Notes: a model not told the origin generated them from the letters alone. Shown: positions 1 to 8,970, counted from the stretch's first letter. The stretch is 64,000 nucleotides of DNA from a virus (IMGVR_UViG_2974588491_000001:314380-378379); one strand, 5' to 3'. Numbers and translations are program-made.

Positions 1-3
1 ACG

Positions 4-522
4 ATGACTTTTGAAATGACAGTAGAACAAATTCCGGTATCAATTGGTAGCTCATCCTTAGTTGGGGTTTCATCTGAATTTCCACGTGGTCATGGTAACT
101 ATATTAGTACTTTCAAACGTAGTAATGTAGCTACGACATATGAAATAGTAAATCTATCATATGAAGATTTGGTAGATGCCATTCATAAAGGTATCATCGA
201 CACTAACACAATGGAAGCTGAAGTTTATCACATTTCAGAAACCATGAAAGTTGCTTTTGTTATCGATAAACGTTTTCCTCCAATCTGCTTAACTCCTGAA
301 TGGTTTTATGGTAATCGTTCAAAAGTTAAAGTTGATATTGTGCGGCGGAAATATAATGTACCAGAATTGGTATGTTCGTGTGAATATGAAGATTCACGCA
401 ATGCAGCTATTATGTACAATTATTTTAGCTATAATATCCCTGATTGTATTGATATGAATGGTAAATGTATCGAATGTGGAACTTCCTATCGTTTAGTAAG
501 GAAAAAGAATTATGAAGCCTGA
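4..522 (+). CDS. hypothetical protein (possibly 5'-truncated by window edge)
   Basis: 172-aa ORF in the dominant coding orientation; Cys-rich C-terminus. Confidence 0.5.
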   Translation: MTFEMTVEQIPVSIGSSSLVGVSSEFPRGHGNYISTFKRSNVATTYEIVNLSYEDLVDAIHKGIIDTNTMEAEVYHISETMKVAFVIDKRFPPICLTPEWFYGNRSKVKVDIVRRKYNVPELVCSCEYEDSRNAAIMYNYFSYNIPDCIDMNGKCIECGTSYRLVRKKNYEA

Positions 523-640
523 ACAATGGATAATTGATGATATGCGAGCGATGCGAGCTATCAAAGAACGCACATATGAACAACAAGCGTACCTTGATTT
601 GCTTCAATGGTACTGCTCAGTACTGAACGGGAAAGCATAA
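512..640 (+). CDS. small hypothetical protein (42 aa)
   Basis: ATGA/TAATG overlaps with neighbours; AAGGA RBS. Confidence 0.3.
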   Translation: MKPEQWIIDDMRAMRAIKERTYEQQAYLDLLQWYCSVLNGKA

Positions 641-954
641 TGAGTACTAATATCGTTTTACTTATCGTTTCGGGTATGCTGGTATTTGCTGCACTTCGTG
701 TGTACTTCGGTCATAAGAAGATCGTCAATGAACTGTACGCCCGACTTGTTGAAGATTCAGCAACTGCTGGTACAAAGAAAAGTCCATACACTATTCGCCG
801 CCAACATAGTTCTTATTCTGGACGTGATTACTATTACATCTATGAAGGTGATAATGTAGTTCAGACAAAGAACTTCTACACTGCAAAAGAAGCCCAAGTA
901 TCTATGAACGAATTAGAACAATTGGGTGGATACCAGAAGACGAAGGTGGTATAA
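640..954 (+). CDS. membrane-anchored small protein, 'KSPY' paralog 1
   Basis: N-terminal TM helix; shares the motif SPY...G.W.G(Y/F)C.TK.GE..Y...LEGY with the next three genes. Confidence 0.6.
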   Translation: MSTNIVLLIVSGMLVFAALRVYFGHKKIVNELYARLVEDSATAGTKKSPYTIRRQHSSYSGRDYYYIYEGDNVVQTKNFYTAKEAQVSMNELEQLGGYQKTKVV

Positions 955-1292
955 TGACAGACATTCAAATATTAATGTTTTGTACTATAGTGGTTAGTAT
1001 CTGTGCTTGTGTAATTCATAACAGTACTAAAACAATTGCTGCACGTTTACATTGTCGTGCAATGGGTATTGAGTATGAAGCACCAAAATCTCTACCACAT
1101 AGCCCCTATGGTGTAATTCACACTAATGCTAATGATGGTTCATGGGGATTTTGTGTTACAAAGAATGGAGAAATTTATCGTTCAAGTAAATATGCTTCTG
1201 CTCCAGTGTATAGCAACATTAAAAGTGCTATCACTGTAATGAACACATATGAAAAACTCGAAGGGTACAAAATAACTGTACTGGAGGATTAA
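954..1292 (+). CDS. membrane-anchored small protein, 'KSPY' paralog 2
   Basis: tandem paralog; TAATG-coupled start. Confidence 0.65.
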   Translation: MTDIQILMFCTIVVSICACVIHNSTKTIAARLHCRAMGIEYEAPKSLPHSPYGVIHTNANDGSWGFCVTKNGEIYRSSKYASAPVYSNIKSAITVMNTYEKLEGYKITVLED

Positions 1293-1609
1293 TGACAAGT
1301 ACTTTAATTATTTGCTGTACAATAGCTTTTTGTACTATTTGTTTGATGATTTGTAATGTACGAAAAGTAACAGCTAAGGTATATGCACAAGTTGCAACAT
1401 ACGATGCTTTACCAAAAAGCCCGTACAGTTTAATCCGAACAAAAAGTAGTTCAGGTGGTATTGGTTATAGCATTACAAAAAATGGTGAAATAATCTATAT
1501 TCCTAGTACTGATGATAAACAGTATGAAGTGTTTGGTAGTTTATCTAATGCTATTTTTCATATTAATACCCTAGAAAAAATTGAAGGTTATCGTTTAACT
1601 CAAGTTTAA
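1292..1609 (+). CDS. membrane-anchored small protein, 'KSPY' paralog 3
   Basis: tandem paralog; TAATG-coupled start. Confidence 0.65.
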   Translation: MTSTLIICCTIAFCTICLMICNVRKVTAKVYAQVATYDALPKSPYSLIRTKSSSGGIGYSITKNGEIIYIPSTDDKQYEVFGSLSNAIFHINTLEKIEGYRLTQV

Positions 1610-1618
1610 GGTATCATC

Positions 1619-1918
1619 ATGCAAATTATTGCTAGTATTGTGATCGCTGTGATTGTTATTTGTGTTATGGTGTACATGAACAAACGTACTGCTGCTAAAT
1701 TGTATGCAGATTTAGTACTGGATATTGATAAACCTGCAAGCCCATATGGTGTATCTCGTGAAATCTCTGAAGGTGGTTCATGGGGTTACTGTATCACTAA
1801 AGATGGTGAAGTAATGTATAGTGGTTCTAAAGCTAAGGTTTTTGATTCAGTTAATGCTGCTGTACGTGAAATTAATAAACTGGAAGCAGTACAAGGATTT
1901 AGGAAAACTCGTGTCTAA
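1619..1918 (+). CDS. membrane-anchored small protein, 'KSPY' paralog 4
   Basis: tandem paralog. Confidence 0.65.
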   Translation: MQIIASIVIAVIVICVMVYMNKRTAAKLYADLVLDIDKPASPYGVSREISEGGSWGYCITKDGEVMYSGSKAKVFDSVNAAVREINKLEAVQGFRKTRV

Positions 1919-2114
1919 ATTTAAATTTGGAAAATGCCCTCAGTGTGGCTGTACTGGTATTCATGCTTGCATGGGTAAGCCTTTGAAAAAAGGGGTTGAC
2001 ATGTCAGAGCATTCAATGTATAGTACTTTGGAGGAAGCAATTGACCACATAAGAAAGTCAGAAGCTAAACGAAAAGGGGAACGTAAAAATGGCCGAAATG
2101 GTAGTAGTCGTTGA
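1911..2114 (+). CDS. small Cys-rich protein (CPQCGC motif), GTG start
   Basis: AGGA RBS then GTG in frame with ORF 1821..2114. Confidence 0.4.
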   Translation: MSKFKFGKCPQCGCTGIHACMGKPLKKGVDMSEHSMYSTLEEAIDHIRKSEAKRKGERKNGRNGSSR

Positions 2115-2292
2115 GCACTATGAAACACGGTACGGCTATGAAGAAAAACGTATCTTCAAAGCGTTTACCAACATTGCTTCATTTGAAGATTATTGTATCA
2201 AAAACGGCATCCAAATTTTAAAAGGTGCTTTCGGCACTACTTATTATGACGATGATTATAGTTACATTGTAAATCACGTGGAGTGTTTATAA
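2089..2292 (+). CDS. hypothetical protein
   Basis: ORF overlapping the upstream gene. Confidence 0.45.
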   Translation: MAEMVVVVEHYETRYGYEEKRIFKAFTNIASFEDYCIKNGIQILKGAFGTTYYDDDYSYIVNHVECL

Positions 2293-2327
2293 TGAAAGAT
2301 GAATTTCCTGACTACTAAGAGAAAACA

Positions 2328-2813
2328 ATGAAATTGAATCCAAACACCGTTATTAAAAAAGGTTTTGTAGTTGACATTTTTTCGTGGGAAAACGATGCTG
2401 ACGATTATAAGCATACGATCACTACAAGTCTAACTAAAGCCCAGGCTGATTTTCTGATCAACATTGCTCGTGCATTCATTTCTCGCAATGGTTCACGGAT
2501 CAACCGTAATGCAAGTGGTTTTGGTAATAATGAAATCACTCCTGAAGTTGTTGCGTTTTTGGAAGAACAAGTTGAATCACTTGGTGATGAAAAAGATTCT
2601 ATTATGGAACGCTTCGACCTTGAAGGTTATGAAGAATTCGGTGATTATGAATGGTTGGATTTCCTTCACGATTACGTACTTGGTTCACCAGTACAGTACG
2701 ATGATGATTTTTGTCGTGTAGTTGAAACAATTGAACTGAAAGAACTGACAGAAGATTTTGTTGTTCCTGATTTCAATCCACCGTTCAAACGCATTAGTTC
2801 AGAAACTTTGTAA
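2328..2813 (+). CDS. acidic hypothetical protein
   Basis: 161-aa ORF followed by an intrinsic terminator. Confidence 0.6.
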   Translation: MKLNPNTVIKKGFVVDIFSWENDADDYKHTITTSLTKAQADFLINIARAFISRNGSRINRNASGFGNNEITPEVVAFLEEQVESLGDEKDSIMERFDLEGYEEFGDYEWLDFLHDYVLGSPVQYDDDFCRVVETIELKELTEDFVVPDFNPPFKRISSETL

Positions 2814-2822
2814 TTTCTATAG

Positions 2823-2848
2823 TGCTGCATTATGCAGTACTTTTAATT
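2823..2848 (+). terminator. rho-independent terminator
   Basis: hairpin gtgctgca-tta-tgcagtac followed by a T-run. Confidence 0.5.
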
Positions 2849-2853
2849 AAGAG

Positions 2854-3132
2854 ATGGAACACATCATGTATACACCATTGTCTGAAGAACAGATCCAGAA
2901 AGTTAAGAAGTATAATGTAGATTCTGATTATGAAGCATATAAACGTGCTCAATCGATGATTGGTTGTAAAGTAATTAAAAGTTCCAAACGCCCTTTTAAA
3001 AGTACTTTAATTGTTAACACATGTAAAGGTGTTATTCGTAATCCATATACAAATCTTTGGGGAATAAAGTTCGAAGAAGATGATAGTATTGTGGATGTTA
3101 AACAAGTGAAAATTTACACTGAGACTGAATAA
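2854..3132 (+). CDS. hypothetical protein
   Basis: ORF with GAGATGG RBS. Confidence 0.55.
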   Translation: MEHIMYTPLSEEQIQKVKKYNVDSDYEAYKRAQSMIGCKVIKSSKRPFKSTLIVNTCKGVIRNPYTNLWGIKFEEDDSIVDVKQVKIYTETE

Positions 3133-3578
3133 TGAAAAAACTTCTGTTAGTACTTGCAATTTTTACCCTGATTGGTTGTGATCCTTATCCTGCACAATCT
3201 GCACAACCAGAATCATCTCAACCAAGTGAAAGCACTGCTGCAAATACTGAAGCGGCTCAGGTTGAAACTGAGGTTGATGTAGAAGAAGACACTGATGACA
3301 ATGTTATTCAGATAGCACCTCAAACTAAAGAGCAAAAGAAAGAAGCGAAACGTGTTGATTATAAAGCACAAGAAAACATTCGTGTATCTGACAAAGAAGT
3401 TATTGTGTCCAAAGGTCGCAATGATAACGTACAAACCGTAAAACGTGTTGAAGATAAAGACGCTGTTTGTTGGGTCGTTATGAACACACATGAATGGTCT
3501 GGTTCTATTAGTTGTATCCCACGTGCACAACTTGCACCATCACAATCAACTGAACCTGCACCAGTAGCACAACAATAA
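3132..3578 (+). CDS. lipoprotein (signal peptide + LIGC lipobox)
   Basis: MKKLLLVLAIFTLIGC N-terminus; TAATG coupling. Confidence 0.65.
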   Translation: MKKLLLVLAIFTLIGCDPYPAQSAQPESSQPSESTAANTEAAQVETEVDVEEDTDDNVIQIAPQTKEQKKEAKRVDYKAQENIRVSDKEVIVSKGRNDNVQTVKRVEDKDAVCWVVMNTHEWSGSISCIPRAQLAPSQSTEPAPVAQQ

Positions 3579-3625
3579 TCCAAAAGTACTCCTAAATAAT
3601 TAGCATATACAAATAGGAGTACTTT

Positions 3626-3757
3626 ATGATTCTTTTAAGTAAGATTTGGTCTATTCTAAAATCATTTTGGGCGGCTCTATGTGAAGAACCAGCCAACAAT
3701 GTTTTAGGACAGGATCTTCCACCAGATGAACCTTCAGACGAAGACCAATCACATTAA
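3626..3757 (+). CDS. small acidic protein (43 aa)
   Basis: AGGAG RBS 7 nt upstream; followed by a terminator. Confidence 0.4.
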   Translation: MILLSKIWSILKSFWAALCEEPANNVLGQDLPPDEPSDEDQSH

Positions 3758-3758
3758 T

Positions 3759-3790
3759 AAAAGGGAGCGGATTGCTCCCTGTTTTATAAT
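3759..3790 (+). terminator. rho-independent terminator
   Basis: gggagcggattgctccc hairpin followed by a T-run. Confidence 0.55.
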
Positions 3791-3811
3791 GCATAAGGAA
3801 ATGGATAAGAA

Positions 3812-4435
3812 GTGAGTGATTTAATAAACAGACACAATATTGTTGACCGATTTTTTAACAGTACTTCATTATTATCATTAAGTAAAGAAAGTACTGAAGA
3901 TGTTATGATTTTCGAAGTACCTGAGTTTTTAGAAATACGAAGATACCCTAAAGAAAACCGATATGTATTTTCCATGTTAATTAAAGGTACATTTGAAGAA
4001 GAAGAATATGATCATAACTATAGCCATTTTAATCCAGCTTCAAGGGGTAGGATAATGGTTAAGAAAACTCGTTCTAACTTAGTTGAAGTAATGCGTTATA
4101 CTGATGGTAATTTTAAAATGGTCAGTACTTCATCTGATAGTAAATGGATCGAGTTTGCTCGAAGGGCTATAATGGTTCCTGGCGGTGGCCGTCAAGTAAA
4201 AGAAGAATTAGTCAGTACTTTAGATATGGAATATACTAAGCTTCCATTAACTGAAGAATATCATTTTCAAAGGATGACAACCAATGAAGGTTTAATTCTG
4301 GAGTTAGAGTACTGTTTGAAAGTACAACAAATTATTGAATTCATTGATAGCATTGGTAGTATTATTGCTGTTGATTCAAATAACAATTTAACAATACCTC
4401 TATTGTTCACGGAAAGATTAAGCGGGGATGCCTGA
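3812..4435 (+). CDS. hypothetical protein (GTG start); 3' end overlaps tRNA-Cys
   Basis: 207-aa ORF whose last codons overlap the tRNA acceptor stem. Confidence 0.45.
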   Translation: MSDLINRHNIVDRFFNSTSLLSLSKESTEDVMIFEVPEFLEIRRYPKENRYVFSMLIKGTFEEEEYDHNYSHFNPASRGRIMVKKTRSNLVEVMRYTDGNFKMVSTSSDSKWIEFARRAIMVPGGGRQVKEELVSTLDMEYTKLPLTEEYHFQRMTTNEGLILELEYCLKVQQIIEFIDSIGSIIAVDSNNNLTIPLLFTERLSGDA

Positions 4436-4499
4436 GTTGGCTTAAAGGAGCGGATTGCAAATCCGATGTTCGTGGGTTCGAATCCCACTCCCTGCTCCA
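4422..4499 (+). tRNA. tRNA-Cys (anticodon GCA), CCA encoded
   Basis: cloverleaf with 7-bp acceptor stem (one G-U), anticodon arm GCGGA-UUGCAAA-UCCGA identical to the E. coli tRNA-Cys arm, T-loop TTCGAAT. Confidence 0.8.
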
Positions 4500-4512
4500 A
4501 TTTTGATAAGGA

Positions 4513-4878
4513 ATGTATATGCACCATTTTAATAGTTTAAAAGAAATTGCTCAGTTCTTTGATAAGAACTACTATCACTTTCTCAGATATGAAGATCACA
4601 CCATTGAGTATAACGGTATTACATACCTAATGGAACTTGATGAAGACGCACCAGTACCGCTAGTTAAGATTGGGTACTTTGATGATGAAGGTGATTTGAA
4701 TCTTCTTCTATGTGTTGTGGACTTCGGTTTACTAATCAACACGGATATTACCGATGATGAGCGTCCAGACATTTACGAGTACTGTACTATTATTCGTGAT
4801 GAATTGTTTGATTTAAATCTTTACGATCTTGCTCGCTTCAACTTTGTTTTGGAACGTGCAAAAAAAGATATGGGTTAA
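4513..4878 (+). CDS. acidic hypothetical protein
   Basis: ORF directly after the tRNA. Confidence 0.55.
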   Translation: MYMHHFNSLKEIAQFFDKNYYHFLRYEDHTIEYNGITYLMELDEDAPVPLVKIGYFDDEGDLNLLLCVVDFGLLINTDITDDERPDIYEYCTIIRDELFDLNLYDLARFNFVLERAKKDMG

Positions 4879-4930
4879 ACTGGTGTGGTTTTATACAGTG
4901 CTTAAAGTACTGAAATAAAACCACAAAACA
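4877..4930 (+). other. long hairpin (10-bp stem gtggttttat/ataaaaccac, 19-nt loop)
   Basis: inverted repeat between genes; no T-run follows. Confidence 0.4.
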
Positions 4931-4989
4931 CCTTGACAGTGGCATCCTCTCATGGCAAAATATACGCATGTTGAATGAGAGGACGAGCT

Positions 4990-5178
4990 ATGATGATTAC
5001 TCAGGAACGATTAAACGAGATTGAGCAAGAACTCTTGAAAATTCAGCTTGAACTGAATGAGGCGATTGTAACTGACAACAATTCGAAACAGTTTGGTATT
5101 ACTTTGTTTCAACGTGATTCAGTCAATAGTATTAGTCGTGCTCGTCAACACATTGGTAAGCTCTCAGAATTGTTGTGA
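4990..5178 (+). CDS. small coiled-coil protein, paralog A (ERLNEIEQEL)
   Basis: GAGAGGA RBS; paralogous to the next gene. Confidence 0.5.
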   Translation: MMITQERLNEIEQELLKIQLELNEAIVTDNNSKQFGITLFQRDSVNSISRARQHIGKLSELL

Positions 5179-5185
5179 GGATTAT

Positions 5186-5383
5186 ATGTCAAAAATAACA
5201 CCGGAACGGTTGAATGAACTCGAACAGCAGTTGATGCAAATTCAACATGAATTGCAAACCGTTGTTAGCCCTGTCAATTCAGATAATAATGTATTACTGA
5301 AGTACGCACAGGATCAGGCTGTTGGTCATGCACATAATACTCGTGTATGGGTAGAAGTACTGAAAGGTTATTTGGTCAGTTAG
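5186..5383 (+). CDS. small coiled-coil protein, paralog B (ERLNELEQQL)
   Basis: GAGGA RBS; stop codon abuts tRNA-Met. Confidence 0.5.
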   Translation: MSKITPERLNELEQQLMQIQHELQTVVSPVNSDNNVLLKYAQDQAVGHAHNTRVWVEVLKGYLVS

Positions 5384-5449
5384 TTCAGTTGGTAGAACGC
5401 TGCACTCATAATGCAGAAGTCACTGGATCGTAGCCAGTACTGACCACCA
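5374..5449 (+). tRNA. tRNA with CAU anticodon (Met or Ile-lysidine), CCA encoded
   Basis: perfect 7-bp acceptor stem GGTCAGT/ACTGACC, D-arm gttc/gaac, anticodon loop CUCAUAA; atypical T-loop. Confidence 0.7.
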
Positions 5450-5467
5450 ATTTGACGGAGTGATTAT

Positions 5468-5689
5468 ATGTTTAAAAGTTTATTTTGCAAACATCAATAT
5501 CATATCAATCTAATTTCTGTTAAAAACCACAAAAGTGCTTTTGATGCAGACATTAAGTACAAGATAACGTACAATGCAATATGCACTATATGCAACAAAG
5601 TAAAAATCAATTCATTTAATATCAAAAGTGATGAAGAATTGGTCAACTGTGCTCAATTATCTGACGAACATTTACACGGAGTTAATTAA
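5468..5689 (+). CDS. small Cys-rich protein
   Basis: 73-aa ORF. Confidence 0.45.
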   Translation: MFKSLFCKHQYHINLISVKNHKSAFDADIKYKITYNAICTICNKVKINSFNIKSDEELVNCAQLSDEHLHGVN

Positions 5690-5884
5690 ATGTCTGTATT
5701 CTTAGCAATACTGTTCATGATTATCTGTTGGGTAATTGGTTTACTTGTTTTTGCCAACTTTGGTATTGCTGCACCGCAGTACGGTTCGGATAAGTTTAAA
5801 CGCAATTATTACATAAAGTTTGTTTTGGGTTTGGTAGTACTGTTTATCGGGCTTCCTGGTCTTGGGTTTTATATTGCCCTGTAA
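5690..5884 (+). CDS. small membrane protein
   Basis: hydrophobic 64-aa ORF; TAAATG coupling. Confidence 0.45.
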   Translation: MSVFLAILFMIICWVIGLLVFANFGIAAPQYGSDKFKRNYYIKFVLGLVVLFIGLPGLGFYIAL

Positions 5885-5954
5885 TTAAATTAAAAAATAT
5901 AAAAATAAATGAAACGATAGAAAAAAATGTGGTATAATAATCACATAAAGGAAA

Positions 5955-6032
5955 TGCGGAGTAGAGCAGTCTGGTTAGCTTGCAAGGCTCATAACCTTGA
6001 GGTCGGTGGTTCAAATCCATCCTCCGCATCCA
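5955..6032 (+). tRNA. second tRNA with CAU anticodon (Met/fMet/Ile2), CCA encoded
   Basis: acceptor stem TGCGGAG/CTCCGCA, anticodon arm caagg-CUCAUAA-ccuug, T-loop TTCAAAT. Confidence 0.7.
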
Positions 6033-6098
6033 ATTATTGAGAATCAAGTAGTAGCAATCGACCACTGTATTAACGCAACTCGATGCTTGATTCGATTA

Positions 6099-6171
6099 GG
6101 GGCTATAGCTCAGTTGGGAGAGCGTCTGCCTTGCACGTAGAAGGTCAACGGTTCGAACCCGTTTAGCTCCA
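6099..6171 (+). tRNA. tRNA-Ala (anticodon UGC)
   Basis: near-identical to E. coli tRNA-Ala(UGC) (GGGGCUAUAGCUCAG...), retains the G3:U70 identity pair; 3' CCA not encoded. Confidence 0.85.
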
Positions 6172-6365
6172 CAAAGTACTATATACTTATCGTCTAAAGT
6201 TTAACTTGCATAACAGACAGCACTTGTTGTAATAGTTGAATAGGATACTGATTCGCTCGCAGGAGGTTTCGGGGATACAAGTGAAAGTCTTGTTGAGTAT
6301 ACCAATTTTAAGTAACACAAAAGTAAGTAACTAAGAAACTCAATCAAAAACCAATGAGGTATATC

Positions 6366-7052
6366 ATGCAAGTAGAATTTAAAAACGCACTTTTCGGTCT
6401 GGAAGATTACGATTTCGCAGTAGTATCTGGTGACACTCTTATCATCGCACTGAAAACTCGCGAAATTCATCTGGAATTCGAATCTGAAGAAGAAGCATTT
6501 GATGCTAAATCAGAACTCGCAGTTGTAATTGAAGCTGCAAAAGCCGATTCCATTTCGATCACTGATGTACTGGAAGAAGCAGCAAGCGTAGTAACTGGTC
6601 TGTTCGGTGGTCTGGTTAGCTCTGTAAAAGCTAAAGCTACTAAAGCATCTTCTACTGTAGAAGCTCGTGCTGCTAAAGTTGTTGCGGATCTGGAAGAAGT
6701 ACTGGATACCGTTGCACGTTCTAAAGCTGAACCACGCAATACCGCTAAAGATTCTGCTGATGCAGAAAGCGTATTCGGTACTACTCGCACTGCACGTAAC
6801 TCTGCTGCTGATACTGTAGTATCTGAACTGTCTGATAATGCACTTCGTGTTGCAATTTCTGACAAAGCTGATCATCTGGTAGAAAACGATACTCGCGTTA
6901 AAGCACTTGTTGCACAGCTTCGCACTTTCCACAGCGATGAAGAAGTTGATGACGTGATTCAGCAACATAAAGACCAGATCTTCCGTATTGCTCGTGCAAA
7001 CGACCATCTGACTGTTAACGAAGTCTTTGTTGAACTGCTTCGCGGTCTGTAA
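6366..7052 (+). CDS. Ala/Glu/Val-rich alpha-helical protein with host-optimal codon usage (likely highly expressed)
   Basis: GAGG RBS; codon usage CTG/CGT/GGT/GAA unlike the AT-rich neighbours; strong terminator downstream. Confidence 0.7.
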   Translation: MQVEFKNALFGLEDYDFAVVSGDTLIIALKTREIHLEFESEEEAFDAKSELAVVIEAAKADSISITDVLEEAASVVTGLFGGLVSSVKAKATKASSTVEARAAKVVADLEEVLDTVARSKAEPRNTAKDSADAESVFGTTRTARNSAADTVVSELSDNALRVAISDKADHLVENDTRVKALVAQLRTFHSDEEVDDVIQQHKDQIFRIARANDHLTVNEVFVELLRGL

Positions 7053-7068
7053 TCTGAATTAAAAATAC

Positions 7069-7094
7069 AAGGCAGCCATTGGCTGCCTTTTTTC
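7069..7094 (+). terminator. rho-independent terminator
   Basis: aaggcagcc-att-ggctgcctt followed by a T-run. Confidence 0.7.
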
Positions 7095-7107
7095 GTTTAA
7101 GGACTAT

Positions 7108-7647
7108 ATGAAAATAACAGAACAATATAGAAGTGTTGGTGTACAAGAGTACTATCAAAATGAAGAAACACAACGCACATATGAAAACCCACACGCTGAA
7201 TTCGTAACCAAAAGCTTCCTGACAGCCTTTCATGAGTACTTTACCGAAGATGCTACAGTACTTGATCTATGCTCCGGTAATGGCATTATAAGCTCTGTAC
7301 TGAAGTCCTGTGGAGTACAGAATATAGAGGGTGCAGACAAATATATGTATGAACGGTACACAGAAGAAACTGGTTTCGTTTGTCATCCATATTCGTTTGA
7401 AGATATAGCAGATTTCAATGTGCAATTCGAGAAGTATTATGATGTTATAGTATGTAGTTATGCATTTGATATTGTACCTGATTCATACAGGAATAAACTT
7501 CTGTACGCATTAAGTACTTATGCTGATGCATTGATCCTGATTAGGCCGAACTCACATATTCTAGAATCCGATATGTGGGAATTAAATTTTCGTACAAAAG
7601 TACATAAAAGCACTACCACTGTATACAAGAAAAAAAGGCACTCATAA
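7108..7647 (+). CDS. class I SAM-dependent methyltransferase-like protein
   Basis: motif I VLDLCSGNG; motif II-like DVIVCSYAF. Confidence 0.55.
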   Translation: MKITEQYRSVGVQEYYQNEETQRTYENPHAEFVTKSFLTAFHEYFTEDATVLDLCSGNGIISSVLKSCGVQNIEGADKYMYERYTEETGFVCHPYSFEDIADFNVQFEKYYDVIVCSYAFDIVPDSYRNKLLYALSTYADALILIRPNSHILESDMWELNFRTKVHKSTTTVYKKKRHS

Positions 7648-7664
7648 AGAGTGCCTTTTGTTTT
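7631..7664. terminator. bidirectional intrinsic terminator between convergent genes
   Basis: aaaggcactc-ataaa-gagtgccttt flanked by A-run and T-run. Confidence 0.6.
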
Positions 7665-8796
7665 ACGCTTTACCTGCAATTACAACTTTACCAGTAAAGT
7701 TATCATTACTGATTAGAGTTATATTGTCAGAATCATCAATTTCAATGGTAATAGCAACAAGTTTAGTTCCATCATACACAGACAAAGACGGTGTTGGTTT
7801 GTTGTGAGTACTGAACGGTATTACCATTTCATATTCACTTCCATTTGCAACCCATACTAATGAAGTACTGTAAACTGTAGTTTGGTCAGTTGGTCCAATA
7901 ATTACAACGTCTAAATCTTGTGCAACATCCTGTGTAATTGTAACGTTACCATTTGCATCCACTGATACATCTGGATTATAAATTACACCATTAGGACTTT
8001 GAATTTGAAGTACTAAGTCAGTACCACGATTATGTTCACTTTCATTCAATACATAACTGAATGTACCATCTCCATTATCAACAAACTGACTTGCTGCTAC
8101 TGGAACATGTGTTGTGAAATCTGAATCTGCACCACTAGGTAATACTTCAAATGGAACAGTTGCAGTATTATAATGTGGTGAAGTAACCGTAATCGTACCC
8201 ATTCCTGGAGAAACGAACTGAACATTATCAAATGTAAAGACACGATTATGTACTGTAGTAGTATACTCAACTCCTTCTGGAGTAGTTAATGTCACAATCA
8301 TACCATCTTCATTTAGAGTTCCACTTGCAGCACTTATTGAACCAGTAACAGTTGTACTGTCAACGGTTACGGTATTAACTACAATAGAACCTAAGTCTGG
8401 AGTTGGAATACTACATTCAGGTGTGTACATATCGAATAGATATATACCATTACTTAATACAACTTTATTATACAAGAAACGGATTACAAATCCGTACTGA
8501 GACATAGAATCATTATAACCACGAACAAAGAATGAGTTTACTGGAATAAGATCCAGCAACTGATCATCTGTTAAACTATAGTCAAGAACTCTATTATTTG
8601 TGTTATAACCAGTTAATTGTACTTTTTGATACACCACTTCTGATACTGGATCAATCAAATCAAATACATTAATAGAACGTTGCTTGTAAATCCTTACATT
8701 TTTCAGCTTAGTTCCATTTTTAAGTAATGCACCATCAACAATAAATCCACATATACCATATGGGTAATCATTTATACCAGCGATAGGTTTAGCCAT
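7663..8796 (-). CDS. beta-rich Thr/Ser/Val/Asn-rich protein, putative virion structural or fibre-like protein
   Basis: 377-aa ORF, lone - strand gene among + strand genes; composition typical of Ig-like or fibre domains. Confidence 0.6.
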   Translation of the reverse strand: MAKPIAGINDYPYGICGFIVDGALLKNGTKLKNVRIYKQRSINVFDLIDPVSEVVYQKVQLTGYNTNNRVLDYSLTDDQLLDLIPVNSFFVRGYNDSMSQYGFVIRFLYNKVVLSNGIYLFDMYTPECSIPTPDLGSIVVNTVTVDSTTVTGSISAASGTLNEDGMIVTLTTPEGVEYTTTVHNRVFTFDNVQFVSPGMGTITVTSPHYNTATVPFEVLPSGADSDFTTHVPVAASQFVDNGDGTFSYVLNESEHNRGTDLVLQIQSPNGVIYNPDVSVDANGNVTITQDVAQDLDVVIIGPTDQTTVYSTSLVWVANGSEYEMVIPFSTHNKPTPSLSVYDGTKLVAITIEIDDSDNITLISNDNFTGKVVIAGKA

Positions 8797-8914
8797 ATAT
8801 CACTCCCTAGTTATTATAAAGTATTTATTTTATATGACCTGTTTTTCTTGACATTTTCACCCCCTTCTAGTACTATAAAAACCAAAGAAAACATGTATTA
8901 ACGACAGATTTTGC

Positions 8915-8943
8915 TTGACAAGACGGCATTTTTTGTTTATAAT
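8915..8943 (+). promoter_or_regulatory. sigma70-type promoter (TTGACA-17-TATAAT)
   Basis: consensus hexamers with 17-bp spacer. Confidence 0.6.
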
Positions 8944-8970
8944 ATATGGACATTAATTGAGGTAACATTT

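Noticed and set aside
2464-2721. Overlapping + frame ORF 2464..2721 and other nested ORFs (e.g. 10557..10745, 11072..11269, 25613..25795, 55067..55258, 58113..58316, 63048..63287)
   Set aside because: They are nested inside longer ORFs in another frame, lack an RBS and have unusual composition.
4422-6171. Prophage attachment site or integrase near the tRNAs
   Set aside because: No integrase, excisionase or direct repeats of tRNA 3' ends are present. The tRNAs are phage-borne translation genes in a lytic genome.
6467-7007. Antisense ORFs 6467..6865 and 6510..7007
   Set aside because: They lie entirely within and opposite to 6366..7052. That gene has a strong RBS, host-optimal codon bias and a terminator. 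The antisense ORFs are Ser/Ala/Cys-rich translations typical of the complement of a GC-biased gene.
7108-7647. Calling the methyltransferase a DNA MTase (Dam/Dcm-like)
   Set aside because: Only motif I (VLDLCSGNG) is recognisable. There is no DPPY/NPPY or PC motif, so the substrate is undetermined.
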